Positions 9,994 through 17,959 of a DNA stretch of 43,034 nucleotides are shown here, one piece after another. The stretch comes from a virus (lineage: Duplodnaviria > Caudoviricetes), in the IMG/VR virus record IMGVR_UViG_3300034025_000032, positions 1 through 43,034 of that record, one strand, 5' to 3'. The notes beneath the pieces are model-generated. The model was given only the letters and a program-made list of their open reading frames with translations. It ran no database searches and was not told the origin of the DNA. The stretch's first letter is position 1. Every line of letters begins with the position of its first letter. The position numbers and the translations under genes are program-made.

Positions 9994-11319
9994 ATGGCAA
10001 ACCGATACGCGCGCAGCACCACAGGCGTGAACACAAACGATGGTACGACGTGGGCGCTGGCGAACCTTGATCTTGTGGGCGCCGTTGCAGATTCAGCCGC
10101 CGGTGACACAATTTTCGTCTCGCAGGCCCATGCTGAAAATACGGCCGGCGCAGCATTAATCGCGTTGCCCGGTACTGTCGCGAGCCCGGTAAAGGTCATC
10201 TGTGCCAATGATTCGGCCGAACCACCAACTTCCGCTGCGTCCAGCGCGACCGTGACAGCCACAAGCACGATCACCGTGACTGGCGTTGGTTATCTGGAGG
10301 GCATCACGTTCCGGCCAGGTTCGGGCGGTACCGTTACCCAAGGTTTTTCGGCTTCTGGTAGTGTTGCCAACACGAACCAAGTCTATAAAAATTGCTCGGT
10401 ACAGATGCTCACTTCAGGCACGGGGCTTGCGAAAATGATCTTTGGGGACGAGTCGCGAGCAGACTCAACTCATTTCCGACTACAGAACTTCACCGCGAAG
10501 TTCGGCGGGATAAACCAGCGCATCAAGCTGGGCGGCAATTTCCGATGGGATGGCGGATCGTTCGTCAGCGGCACCGTGGCGCCTGTGAACGTGTTTGAAG
10601 GATCGCTCCGAGGTACGGCTGAGTTCAACGTCCGCGGCGTGGATTTCACAAACCTGGGCACTGCGTTCAACCTGTTTTTGCAGAACCAAGGCGGGAATGC
10701 GTTCACCGGACGATTCAACAACATTCAGCTGCCTGCTGGCTGGGCTGGTGGTCTTTGGAGCGCTTCGCCTACTGCTCCGTGGATCCGCATCGAAGTAACG
10801 AACAGCCTGCTGGGAACCACGAAGATTCGCTACTGGATGCATGACTTCTGCGGCCAGGTCCGGGACAACACGACCGTAACGCGCACTGGCGGTGCGTCCG
10901 ATGATGGTGTGGCCTTCTCGATGAGGATGGCATCCAGCACTGGCACGTCTTATCCGGCCATCCCGCTGGAGTGCGCTCCAATCCGGACATGGGTAGATTC
11001 CACGGCCCAGCAGACGATAAACGTCGAAATCGTGCATGACTCGCAAGGGTCGGGCGCCGGCGCCGCGCTGCGCAACGATGAAATTGCTATCCGCGTGATC
11101 GGCCCAGGAAACGATGTGAGCAACCTTAAAGCTGAATTTTTGGCGGCGGTCGCAGACCACGCAACGAGCTCTGCGGCGTGGACCACAACTGGCCTCACGA
11201 CGCCGGTAAAGCAAAAGCTTTCGATTACATTCACGCCGACCGCGAAGGGCGAACATACCATCGTTGTTTCACTGTTCGCATCGAGCAAAACGGTCTACGT
11301 TTGCCCCAAGGTGAGCTAA
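9994..11319 (+). CDS. Beta-rich (possibly beta-helix) virion structural protein
   Basis: SD GAGGT; N-terminal Y..STTG..TNDGTTWALA..AAGDTIFV typical of pectin-lyase-fold caps; G/S/T/N-rich. Confidence 0.6.
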   Translation: MANRYARSTTGVNTNDGTTWALANLDLVGAVADSAAGDTIFVSQAHAENTAGAALIALPGTVASPVKVICANDSAEPPTSAASSATVTATSTITVTGVGYLEGITFRPGSGGTVTQGFSASGSVANTNQVYKNCSVQMLTSGTGLAKMIFGDESRADSTHFRLQNFTAKFGGINQRIKLGGNFRWDGGSFVSGTVAPVNVFEGSLRGTAEFNVRGVDFTNLGTAFNLFLQNQGGNAFTGRFNNIQLPAGWAGGLWSASPTAPWIRIEVTNSLLGTTKIRYWMHDFCGQVRDNTTVTRTGGASDDGVAFSMRMASSTGTSYPAIPLECAPIRTWVDSTAQQTINVEIVHDSQGSGAGAALRNDEIAIRVIGPGNDVSNLKAEFLAAVADHATSSAAWTTTGLTTPVKQKLSITFTPTAKGEHTIVVSLFASSKTVYVCPKVS

Positions 11320-11320
11320 C

Positions 11321-11827
11321 ATGGCGCGCGAATACATAGGCGCGGATGGGTCTTTCGTCAATGAAACGGGCGCACGTGAGTACGTTAGCCAGAGCGGAAC
11401 TTTGCTCAACGAGTCGGGCACTGGACAGACCCCGCCCACCATGGTCACGATTGACGCAGCTATTGGTGCAGCAGCCGCTCAGGGCGTGAACGCAGCAATT
11501 ACCGCGGGAGGCGGTGCCACGATTAGTTGCGCTGTGGGCGCGGCGGTAGCAGCTGGCGCGCTTGCCAGCCTTGATACGAAGATCGTAACTTCGGTGCTGA
11601 TGAATAATACCGAATCGATTCACGCGGCTCAGGCTGTAGTCTGGTCATGGTTTCCCTCCGCACGGATTGGGACAATGGCAGCCGTGGCAGCTGCTGATGG
11701 TGCGGGGACCACTGGAAGCGACGGTCGTCTCGTCACCACGATCTCACGCGCGCCGGGCATTCTCATGGTGGCAAAACAAGGCGCTGGGGCCAGTTCCGAC
11801 GATGTCTACTATGAAGCGTTCCAATGA
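11321..11827 (+). CDS. Ala/Gly-rich fibre-like structural protein
   Basis: Tandem AREY repeat at the N-terminus and two TI.AAxGAA.A.G repeats; tightly coupled to its neighbours. Confidence 0.6.
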   Translation: MAREYIGADGSFVNETGAREYVSQSGTLLNESGTGQTPPTMVTIDAAIGAAAAQGVNAAITAGGGATISCAVGAAVAAGALASLDTKIVTSVLMNNTESIHAAQAVVWSWFPSARIGTMAAVAAADGAGTTGSDGRLVTTISRAPGILMVAKQGAGASSDDVYYEAFQ

Positions 11828-12765
11828 GCCGACTTCGTAACCTCAATCGGGCCTACGCAAGAGGGCGCGTGCTCGGCACGCCGCACACTGGTGTCATTGG
11901 CTCGCTCATCTCATCGATTGGCGAAAACGGTCCAGGGTTCGCGTACAACGATCTGGATCTGCCAGCAGACGCGAACAAGGAAATCTGCGGACGCATCACC
12001 ACCTGGCCATTGTTCGGGGATCTGGAAGCCGATGAATATACTGGCTTCAAGTACACCCGTACTAGTCCTGGTGACGGCGCCGACAGCTTCCAGTATCAGC
12101 TTCAGGTCGATGGAGTCAGCGTCGGATCGCCAACAGGCGTCACGCTCGGCATCGGAAACGGGACTGGTACGACCGCTATCAACTGCAACACTGGCGCGGC
12201 GACAGCGGACGGCCTGCTGGCAAACATTAGTTCCATCGGCATCGCTACGATTGAGGCCACTGTCGGGGCTGCAACGGGGCAGGGCGCAGGCGCCTACATC
12301 GCGCAGGGCATCACCATTTCCGGCGATGTCGCTGAGGGCCTGGCGGGTGCGGCAACCGCAGCAATCATCGTTATTCCGACAGAGGGTCCAATGAGCTTTA
12401 CACCATCGACTGCTCGCACGGTCACTATTAATCCTGGCGCCAAGCCATTCGCGGCCGGCGAGCTTTGGAATATGTCGGACTCGAAAAAGCCGAGGTCTTG
12501 GAAGGATAGCGATTCCACGGTCGACTACAGTTTCAATTGGACGCCGTGGCTGCTGGACGTAACCGATACCATCGTCTCGCATGAGATTCTCGTGACCGAA
12601 GGGTTGCAGAAAGAGGGCTCAACCGTCAACGGCGCAATCGTTACGGTGTTTGTCTCGGCCGGAAATCTCAGCAAGCGAGCAAGCATCACATGCCGAATCA
12701 CCACGGGCAGCACGCCGCCGCGCATCGAAGATCGTACAATTTACCTCGACATCGAAAGCGCCTGA
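11824..12765 (+). CDS. Fibre protein with a C-terminal fibre-adaptor-like domain
   Basis: Three more Ala/Gly repeats; C-terminal KDSDSTVDYSFNW..ITCRITT..RIEDRTIYL matches a small phage fibre-adaptor family as I recall it. Confidence 0.65.
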   Translation: MSRLRNLNRAYARGRVLGTPHTGVIGSLISSIGENGPGFAYNDLDLPADANKEICGRITTWPLFGDLEADEYTGFKYTRTSPGDGADSFQYQLQVDGVSVGSPTGVTLGIGNGTGTTAINCNTGAATADGLLANISSIGIATIEATVGAATGQGAGAYIAQGITISGDVAEGLAGAATAAIIVIPTEGPMSFTPSTARTVTINPGAKPFAAGELWNMSDSKKPRSWKDSDSTVDYSFNWTPWLLDVTDTIVSHEILVTEGLQKEGSTVNGAIVTVFVSAGNLSKRASITCRITTGSTPPRIEDRTIYLDIESA

Positions 12766-13307
12766 TGGTCATCAAAATTATCAATGGCCCGGAGGACATG
12801 CCGGTATCGCTGGAAGAGGCGCGGAACGCTGCGCGTGTCAACGGCACCGATCACGACGGCGAGATTACAGCGCTGGTCAATGCGCTCACTGCAGAGGCCG
12901 AGCACATCATCGGCCAGGTCATCATCAACCGCACCTACCAGGTAACGTTGGACAGTTTTACGGGCTTGGTTCCGGTACCGGCGCTTCCAGTGGGGCAGGT
13001 GATCGACGTTTCGTATTTCGACGCGGATGGTCTGCCGCAGACGCTGAGCACAGAGCTGTGGCAGCTGGACGAGTCGTACGACCCGCCCGCCCTCGCGCCC
13101 GTCCTGGGCGGCAGCTGGCCGGCGACCGCAGAACGTCGCGGCGCGGTGACGATCACCTATGTCGCAGGGTATGGATCAAGCAGCGCGAGCACGCCGGCCG
13201 TGTTCAAGGGTTACGTCTTGGCAAAGGTGCGTGAGTATTTCGCGCCAGCTGGCACTCCAGAGAATCCGAACCTGATCCGCCTCCTTGATTCGCTGAAGGT
13301 GTACTGA
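12765..13307 (+). CDS. Head-tail connector (phiE125 gp8-like)
   Basis: PVSLEEAR, AEHIIGQVIINRTY and AVTITYVAGYG motifs; ATG 12765 overlaps the upstream TGA. Confidence 0.88.
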   Translation: MVIKIINGPEDMPVSLEEARNAARVNGTDHDGEITALVNALTAEAEHIIGQVIINRTYQVTLDSFTGLVPVPALPVGQVIDVSYFDADGLPQTLSTELWQLDESYDPPALAPVLGGSWPATAERRGAVTITYVAGYGSSSASTPAVFKGYVLAKVREYFAPAGTPENPNLIRLLDSLKVY

Positions 13308-13654
13308 TGGCAGCAGCTTTCAAATGTGATGAGAAAGTCACGATCGAGCGCCTGACAAGCGCTGCCGACCCTGACAGCGGCGAATCGCTGAACGTGTGGG
13401 AGCCTTTGCTGAGCAGGTACTGGGCCAACGTGCAAGATGCACTGCCAAGCCGCTCGGAAGCCGAAAAAAATGGCCTGCGCACCGCAGCGCGTCGCACTCG
13501 ACTACGGATACAAGGAGCGTCCAGCGTAACTGCCGAGATGCGCGTTGTTCTGCACAGCAGAAATGAGCTGATCATGCAAATCGTTGCGGGGCCCGCCATG
13601 ATGGACGACCGAGTCCACTACGAATTCATGCTGGAGGCGTATTCCCATGGCTGA
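13307..13654 (+). CDS. Head closure / head-tail joining protein
   Basis: KVTIER..D..GE...W....WANV and VTAEMRV motifs; synteny. Confidence 0.82.
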   Translation: MAAAFKCDEKVTIERLTSAADPDSGESLNVWEPLLSRYWANVQDALPSRSEAEKNGLRTAARRTRLRIQGASSVTAEMRVVLHSRNELIMQIVAGPAMMDDRVHYEFMLEAYSHG

Positions 13655-14120
13655 CTCGAATATTATCGGGGGCCGTGAGCTGGATGCCGCTCTCCAGTCT
13701 CTGTCCGTAAAAGTCGAGAAGAACATCCTTCGCTCCGCGCTTCGACAGGGCGCCAATCAGTTTAAAGAAGCCATCCAGGCGAATATTCCGGTGGACAGCG
13801 GAGCGCTCCGCCGCAGCGTTCGGGTCACGACTAATTCGAAAAAAGGGCGCGTCACTGCCTCCGTCAAGATCGGCAACAAAACGGCTTGGTACGGCGCAAT
13901 GGTCGAGTTCGGCACCCGCCCGCACAAGATCACTGCCAACGGTGGAGCGCTTGTGATCGGAACGCATCGTGTCGCATCTGTCGACCACCCGGGCTCCCGG
14001 CCCAAACCCTTCGCCCGGCCGGCATTCGATCAAAAGTGGAAGCCTGCTCTGGCCGCAGTAGGCGCGCAGTTGCGCCGGCGCCTGACCGCCGAAGGCATCA
14101 ACATACCCGACGAGGGCTGA
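13647..14120 (+). CDS. HK97 gp10-family tail completion protein
   Basis: PVDSGALRRSV, WYGAMVEFGT and PKPFARPAFD motifs. Confidence 0.9.
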   Translation: MADSNIIGGRELDAALQSLSVKVEKNILRSALRQGANQFKEAIQANIPVDSGALRRSVRVTTNSKKGRVTASVKIGNKTAWYGAMVEFGTRPHKITANGGALVIGTHRVASVDHPGSRPKPFARPAFDQKWKPALAAVGAQLRRRLTAEGINIPDEG

Positions 14121-14531
14121 ATGAGCGACTGGAAAATCATCCGCGCGCTGCTGGTAGCGGACGCAAACCTGACCGCAGTGGTAGCGGCTGAGAAGATTGT
14201 GGCCGGCACGCTGAAGCAGACCACCACACTTCCTGCCATTTCGATCCAATCGATTTCCAGTATGGAGAACGAGAAGATTTCTGACAAGTCGAGCACGGTG
14301 ATGATGACCTCGCGGGTACAGGTGACCGTGCACGCAACCTCGCTGACGCAGCAGGCAGCCGTGTTGGCACTTGTCGGGCGTGCGATCCGGGGTGGCCGCC
14401 GCGTGGTTGCCGGCGTCCAAGTGCTGGACATCCAGCGGGACATTATCGGTCCGGATATGAGTGACGTCGCATCTAGCATTTTTCAGCAGACACGCGATTT
14501 CCGGGTCAAATACCTATTCTCTCTCGAATAA
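14121..14531 (+). CDS. Tail terminator (DUF3168-like)
   Basis: IRALLVADANLTAVV, LPAIS and SRVQVTVHA motifs; synteny. Confidence 0.78.
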   Translation: MSDWKIIRALLVADANLTAVVAAEKIVAGTLKQTTTLPAISIQSISSMENEKISDKSSTVMMTSRVQVTVHATSLTQQAAVLALVGRAIRGGRRVVAGVQVLDIQRDIIGPDMSDVASSIFQQTRDFRVKYLFSLE

Positions 14532-14550
14532 GCAGTACATCTGGTTTCCC

Positions 14551-14588
14551 AGCCCGCCCGTACCGCAATTCTGCGTGCGGGCTTTTTT
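14551..14588 (+). terminator. Terminator-like hairpin upstream of the tail tube gene
   Basis: AGCCCGC (14551-57) pairs with GCGGGCT (14577-83), followed by a T run. Confidence 0.6.
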
Positions 14589-14607
14589 ACTTGAAAGGTA
14601 ATTCATC

Positions 14608-15066
14608 ATGAACGGTGAAAATGTAACGACCGTTGCGGAAAGCTCCCTGTGGGTTTCCGTGGCGCTGCCAGCAACTTATACGGAGAGTGGCTACGACGCC
14701 TTGACCTGGACCAAAATCGGCGAGATCACCAACGTCGGTTCTGTTCTCGGGCGTGAGTACAACACCTCCACGCACGCGCCGGTCGATTCGGCTCAGCAGA
14801 TTGAGAAAAAAGGCAGCTTCAAATTGGGCTCGGCCGAATTCATGATGGGCTGGGACGAAGAAGATGCCGGCCAGATCATCGTCGACGCCGCCAGCCGTAG
14901 CTATTCTGTTCTGTCCTTCAAGCTCGAAAAGCAGGACGGCGCGCTTCGTTATTTCACTGCCCAGGTCTCGAAGTTCGTCGAAAACAACGGCGCCGTGGAC
15001 GACAACGTGCAGGGCGCGCTGACCCTCCTGCGCCAGACCGACACCATCCGCGTCGCAGCCATTTAA
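14608..15066 (+). CDS. Major tail tube protein
   Basis: LPATY..GYDALTWTKIGEI, KKGSFKLG and DAGQII motifs; lies before the chaperones; SD GAAAGG. Confidence 0.85.
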   Translation: MNGENVTTVAESSLWVSVALPATYTESGYDALTWTKIGEITNVGSVLGREYNTSTHAPVDSAQQIEKKGSFKLGSAEFMMGWDEEDAGQIIVDAASRSYSVLSFKLEKQDGALRYFTAQVSKFVENNGAVDDNVQGALTLLRQTDTIRVAAI

Positions 15067-15074
15067 TCCATCAC

Positions 15075-15170
15075 GGCCGCAAGGCCATCACAGAGCACCG
15101 GCCGTGCGAGTGTCTTCCTATCGTGGGAAGCGCTCGCCGGCACGGGCATTTATTACCCACGATAAAAGGA
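15075..15170 (+). ncRNA. Candidate structured cis-RNA (hairpin plus pseudoknot) upstream of the tail chaperone RBS
   Basis: GGCC-GCAA-GGCC hairpin; long stem 15095-15147; TATCGTGGG (15119-27) is the exact complement of CCCACGATA (15156-64) next to SD AAAGGA. Confidence 0.55.
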
Positions 15171-15177
15171 ATCAAAG

Positions 15178-15606
15178 ATGTCCAACCTGAAGAAATTTGC
15201 CCTCGTACCTACCGTTGTCCACCACCTGCGTGATGGTAACGATGAACTCATGTATGCCGACGGGCCGGATGGCAAGCCGGACCTGAATCGTCCGATGCTG
15301 GCGCACATCCATGGTCCTGGCACCAAGGTTTATGCGAAAGCGCGTGCCGCACAGTCGAATCGGAACATGGACCGTTTTAAGAAAAAAGGGAAGACGGACA
15401 TGTCAGCCGATGACACCATCGCTGAAACTGCGACCTTCCTCGCCGCGTGCACTGAAAAGCTGGAAAACGTCGAAGTAGACAAGCTGACGGGCGAAGCCTT
15501 GGCCATTTCTGTCTACAGTGACCTCGAACTGTGCTTCATTCCCGCCCAGATCGACAAACTCCTGGGTGACACGGCAAATTTTACGAAAGCGTCGCAGACG
15601 CGCTGA
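15178..15606 (+). CDS. Tail assembly chaperone (gpG-like)
   Basis: Lies between tail tube and TMP; ends just after a slippery site. Confidence 0.85.
   Translation: MSNLKKFALVPTVVHHLRDGNDELMYADGPDGKPDLNRPMLAHIHGPGTKVYAKARAAQSNRNMDRFKKKGKTDMSADDTIAETATFLAACTEKLENVEVDKLTGEALAISVYSDLELCFIPAQIDKLLGDTANFTKASQTR
15576..15582 (+). other. -1 programmed frameshift heptamer A AAT TTT
   Basis: X XXY YYZ in the chaperone frame; the -1 frame is open (FYESVADALILYVRQSAWLNAVP..) to 16016. Confidence 0.85.
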
Positions 15607-16016
15607 TCCTGTACGTCCGGCAGAGCGCGTGGTTGAACGCTGTGCCGGAATCGCCGGGGGGGAAGGCTCAAGCATCCAAGCTCTCTCGCCGTGAACGATA
15701 CAAGCGGGACCAGGTGGAACCAGAGCTTCCACCTGTCGAGTGCGGTGAGCTTCTTCTACAGTATTTGTGGGAAGTCGGCCCGGCCTTGGCAGGTATGTCT
15801 GGCCCGGTTCCGATTACCCACCTGGAAATCCGCGCGTGGCAGGAAAACAGCGGTATTGAACTGACGCCATGGCAGTCGGCGCTACTGCGGCGCCTTTCCC
15901 AAGAATACATAGGCCAGCTACAGCAGGCGGAGGACTCGAACTGCAAGCCGCCGTTCGGAAAACTCTACAAGCTCAATGCCAAAGCTCTGTCGAAGGCTAT
16001 CGACGCGGCCTTGTAA
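15579..16016 (+). CDS. Frameshift extension of the tail chaperone (gpGT-like)
   Basis: -1 frame ORF with PITHLEIRAWQENSGIELTPW; lacks a good start of its own. Confidence 0.8.
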   Translation, partial: FYESVADALILYVRQSAWLNAVPESPGGKAQASKLSRRERYKRDQVEPELPPVECGELLLQYLWEVGPALAGMSGPVPITHLEIRAWQENSGIELTPWQSALLRRLSQEYIGQLQQAEDSNCKPPFGKLYKLNAKALSKAIDAAL

Positions 16017-16042
16017 AGGGTCCGTCAGTTTGACGGACCCTT
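16016..16042. terminator. 12-bp hairpin between convergent genes
   Basis: AAGGGTCCGTCA-gtt-TGACGGACCCTT is a perfect inverted repeat. Confidence 0.6.
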
Positions 16043-16056
16043 CGTCAAAGGGGCCC

Positions 16057-16374
16057 TCACTTTGATGGACCCTTTGGTGGGGTGAGCCGCGGCCCTTTAG
16101 CTAAGCGCTTCAGATGGGTCGAGTCAGCTGTGTTGTTGGTGGCGGGGTAATTCCGATGAAGGACCTCTTCCATCACCCGTGTGACTAGCTCATCGAATTG
16201 CACTGCGAAAACGCTACTGGGCTCAGAGGATTCAGAGGACTCCTGGAAACTAGCCTCCAATCTGGCCACAAGCTCAGCATTGACGGAGCGTTTATTTCGG
16301 TCAGCCGCTTCCTTTAGCCGCTCATAGAGTAGTTGGGGAATTCTGAACTGTGACCTATACATGTCTTTTTCCAT
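16057..16374 (-). CDS. Arc/Mnt-family ribbon-helix-helix repressor (Mnt-like position)
   Basis: SQFRIPQLLYERLKEAADRNKRSVNAELVARLEASF. Confidence 0.9.
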   Translation of the reverse strand: MEKDMYRSQFRIPQLLYERLKEAADRNKRSVNAELVARLEASFQESSESSEPSSVFAVQFDELVTRVMEEVLHRNYPATNNTADSTHLKRLAKGPRLTPPKGPSK

Positions 16375-16437
16375 GTCACTAGCTTGACACTACATCGATT
16401 TCAAGTATAGTGACATCATGGCACTGCGGTAGTGACA
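16374..16437 (+). promoter_or_regulatory. Pant-like sigma70 promoter with repeated operator half-sites
   Basis: TTGACA (16384-89), 16-bp spacer, TATAGT (16406-11); TAGTGACA at 16408 and 16430, inverted at 16374, variants at 16385 and 16419. Confidence 0.75.
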
Positions 16438-16452
16438 CAAAGGGGTAGTCGA

Positions 16453-16620
16453 ATGGGATCATCAGTTCAGCAAGAGAAGGTTTGGAAAGGCCAGCTTCGT
16501 GCACCGGAGTCAGTGATTGAGTGGGCGAAAGAGCGTGCTCATCGAAATTTACGCAGCTTGAACGCTGAGCTAGTCAATATGGTTCGAGAAGCCATGCTAC
16601 TCGAAAAAAATAAACAATAA
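16453..16620 (+). CDS. Arc-like RHH regulator
   Basis: GQLRAPESVIEWAKERAHRNLRSLNAELVNMV; ATG 16453 has SD AGGGG (alternative GTG 16432). Confidence 0.85.
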   Translation: MGSSVQQEKVWKGQLRAPESVIEWAKERAHRNLRSLNAELVNMVREAMLLEKNKQ

Positions 16621-16684
16621 AAAACCCCGATCAGGCTTGGCGGCAGGGATCGGGGCTTTAGTCAACATCTACAAAGGGTCAACG
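16619..16684 (-). ncRNA. Putative sar-like antisense RNA to the antirepressor RBS
   Basis: Minus-strand TTGGAA-17-TATTAT promoter (16719-16691) and a CCCCGATC/GATCGGGG hairpin plus U6 terminator (16655-16619). Confidence 0.6.
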
Positions 16685-16686
16685 GA

Positions 16687-17415
16687 ATGAATAATATCAC
16701 AGCAAAACTCGCCTTCCAAGGAGCTTGCTTTACCCCGCTGCAGCGGGAACAGCAAACCTGGCTCAAAATGTCAGAGATTGAAACTGCCTTGGGGTACGCG
16801 GCACAGGGAAAAACGCTTGCCCGGATCTACGCCCGTCACGCCGATGAGTTCACCAAAAATATGACGCGCGTGGTAAAGCTGAGTACTGCCGGGGGCAAGC
16901 AAGCCGTCCGCGTTTTCAGCCTGCGTGGAGCACATCTGCTTGCAATGTTCGCCCGGACTGACGCTGCCAAGGCGTTTCGGGTGTGGGTGCTCGATATCCT
17001 AGACCGCGAACTCGAGAAGCCCCGCGCGGCACAAGTGAAGTCGTACCATTTCCCCATCCGAAGTGCAGCACCGCAGGTGACAGAGCTGCAATTCGGCGAT
17101 GCGCAGCTTTCGGCTCGTGTACTTTTGGATCCCAAGAATCGCGCCCCTGAAATGGAGCTCATTGCGCAGCTGGAAGCAGACGGACACGACGTGTCTGGAG
17201 CCAAGGTACGGATATTGGCCATGCGAAACGCCGTCGCCCTGTGCGAAATGGCGCGACAGCGCGCAAAAGTATGGCAGCAATCCTTACAGCAACTGCTCTG
17301 CGAAACTGAGGCGTACTCGCAAGAGCAGGGGCTCCCACTGTTGCTGTCTCGTGTTCCTTCGGAAAATGATCCCTTGGACTGCGCAGTATACGGCGCTCAG
17401 ATGGTGAAACGATGA
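16687..17415 (+). CDS. Bro-N domain antirepressor
   Basis: ALGY..IYARHADEFT..RVFSLRGAHLLAMFART..AKAFRVWVLDILDRE; lies downstream of the Arc pair as in P22 immI. Confidence 0.85.
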   Translation: MNNITAKLAFQGACFTPLQREQQTWLKMSEIETALGYAAQGKTLARIYARHADEFTKNMTRVVKLSTAGGKQAVRVFSLRGAHLLAMFARTDAAKAFRVWVLDILDRELEKPRAAQVKSYHFPIRSAAPQVTELQFGDAQLSARVLLDPKNRAPEMELIAQLEADGHDVSGAKVRILAMRNAVALCEMARQRAKVWQQSLQQLLCETEAYSQEQGLPLLLSRVPSENDPLDCAVYGAQMVKR

Positions 17416-17915
17416 GCGAGAGGCATGTTACTCCCACCCCTTACCGAGTGGAGATTGAAAGGTGGCTGGACTACGACCCGGAGGACGGTGTTTTCATGTG
17501 GGTCAAAGACCGGTCAGGCTGTGCTATGTGCGGGACTGTTGCCGGGAGCGTGCACAACCGCGATGGACACATTTATATCAGTTTCAACAGTAAGAAATAT
17601 AAAGCTCACAGGCTTGCGTGGACGTGGGTAACTGGAGAGCAGCCGCCATCGATGATCGACCATATTAACGGTGATGCAAGCGACAACCGTTTCGCCAACC
17701 TCCGGGCCGCCGACAACACTCTGAACTGCCGGAACCGACATCGCACTTCGAATAAAACGGGAGTAGTTGGCGTTCATCCCTACTGTGGCGGATACCGAGC
17801 AATCGTGGGGATTAACGGGAAAAATCATTATTCAAAACGGTTCTCTACGATTCAAGAAGCTGCGGAAGAATACAAAATAATGAAAAAAGTGTTGCACCCG
17901 GGCTGCCTTCTCTGA
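17412..17915 (+). CDS. Free-standing HNH endonuclease with AP2-like C-terminus
   Basis: LDYDPEDG, YKAHRLAW, IDHINGDASDNRFANLR and KTGVVGV motifs. Confidence 0.9.
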   Translation: MSERHVTPTPYRVEIERWLDYDPEDGVFMWVKDRSGCAMCGTVAGSVHNRDGHIYISFNSKKYKAHRLAWTWVTGEQPPSMIDHINGDASDNRFANLRAADNTLNCRNRHRTSNKTGVVGVHPYCGGYRAIVGINGKNHYSKRFSTIQEAAEEYKIMKKVLHPGCLL

Positions 17916-17959
17916 GAAGCCTTCATGTAATATTGCCCTCAATACTATAAGGGGGTGAT

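Noticed and set aside
16057-16620. RHH pair as a toxin-antitoxin module
   Set aside because: Both are Arc-like DNA binders with no toxin domain; the context matches mnt/arc/ant.
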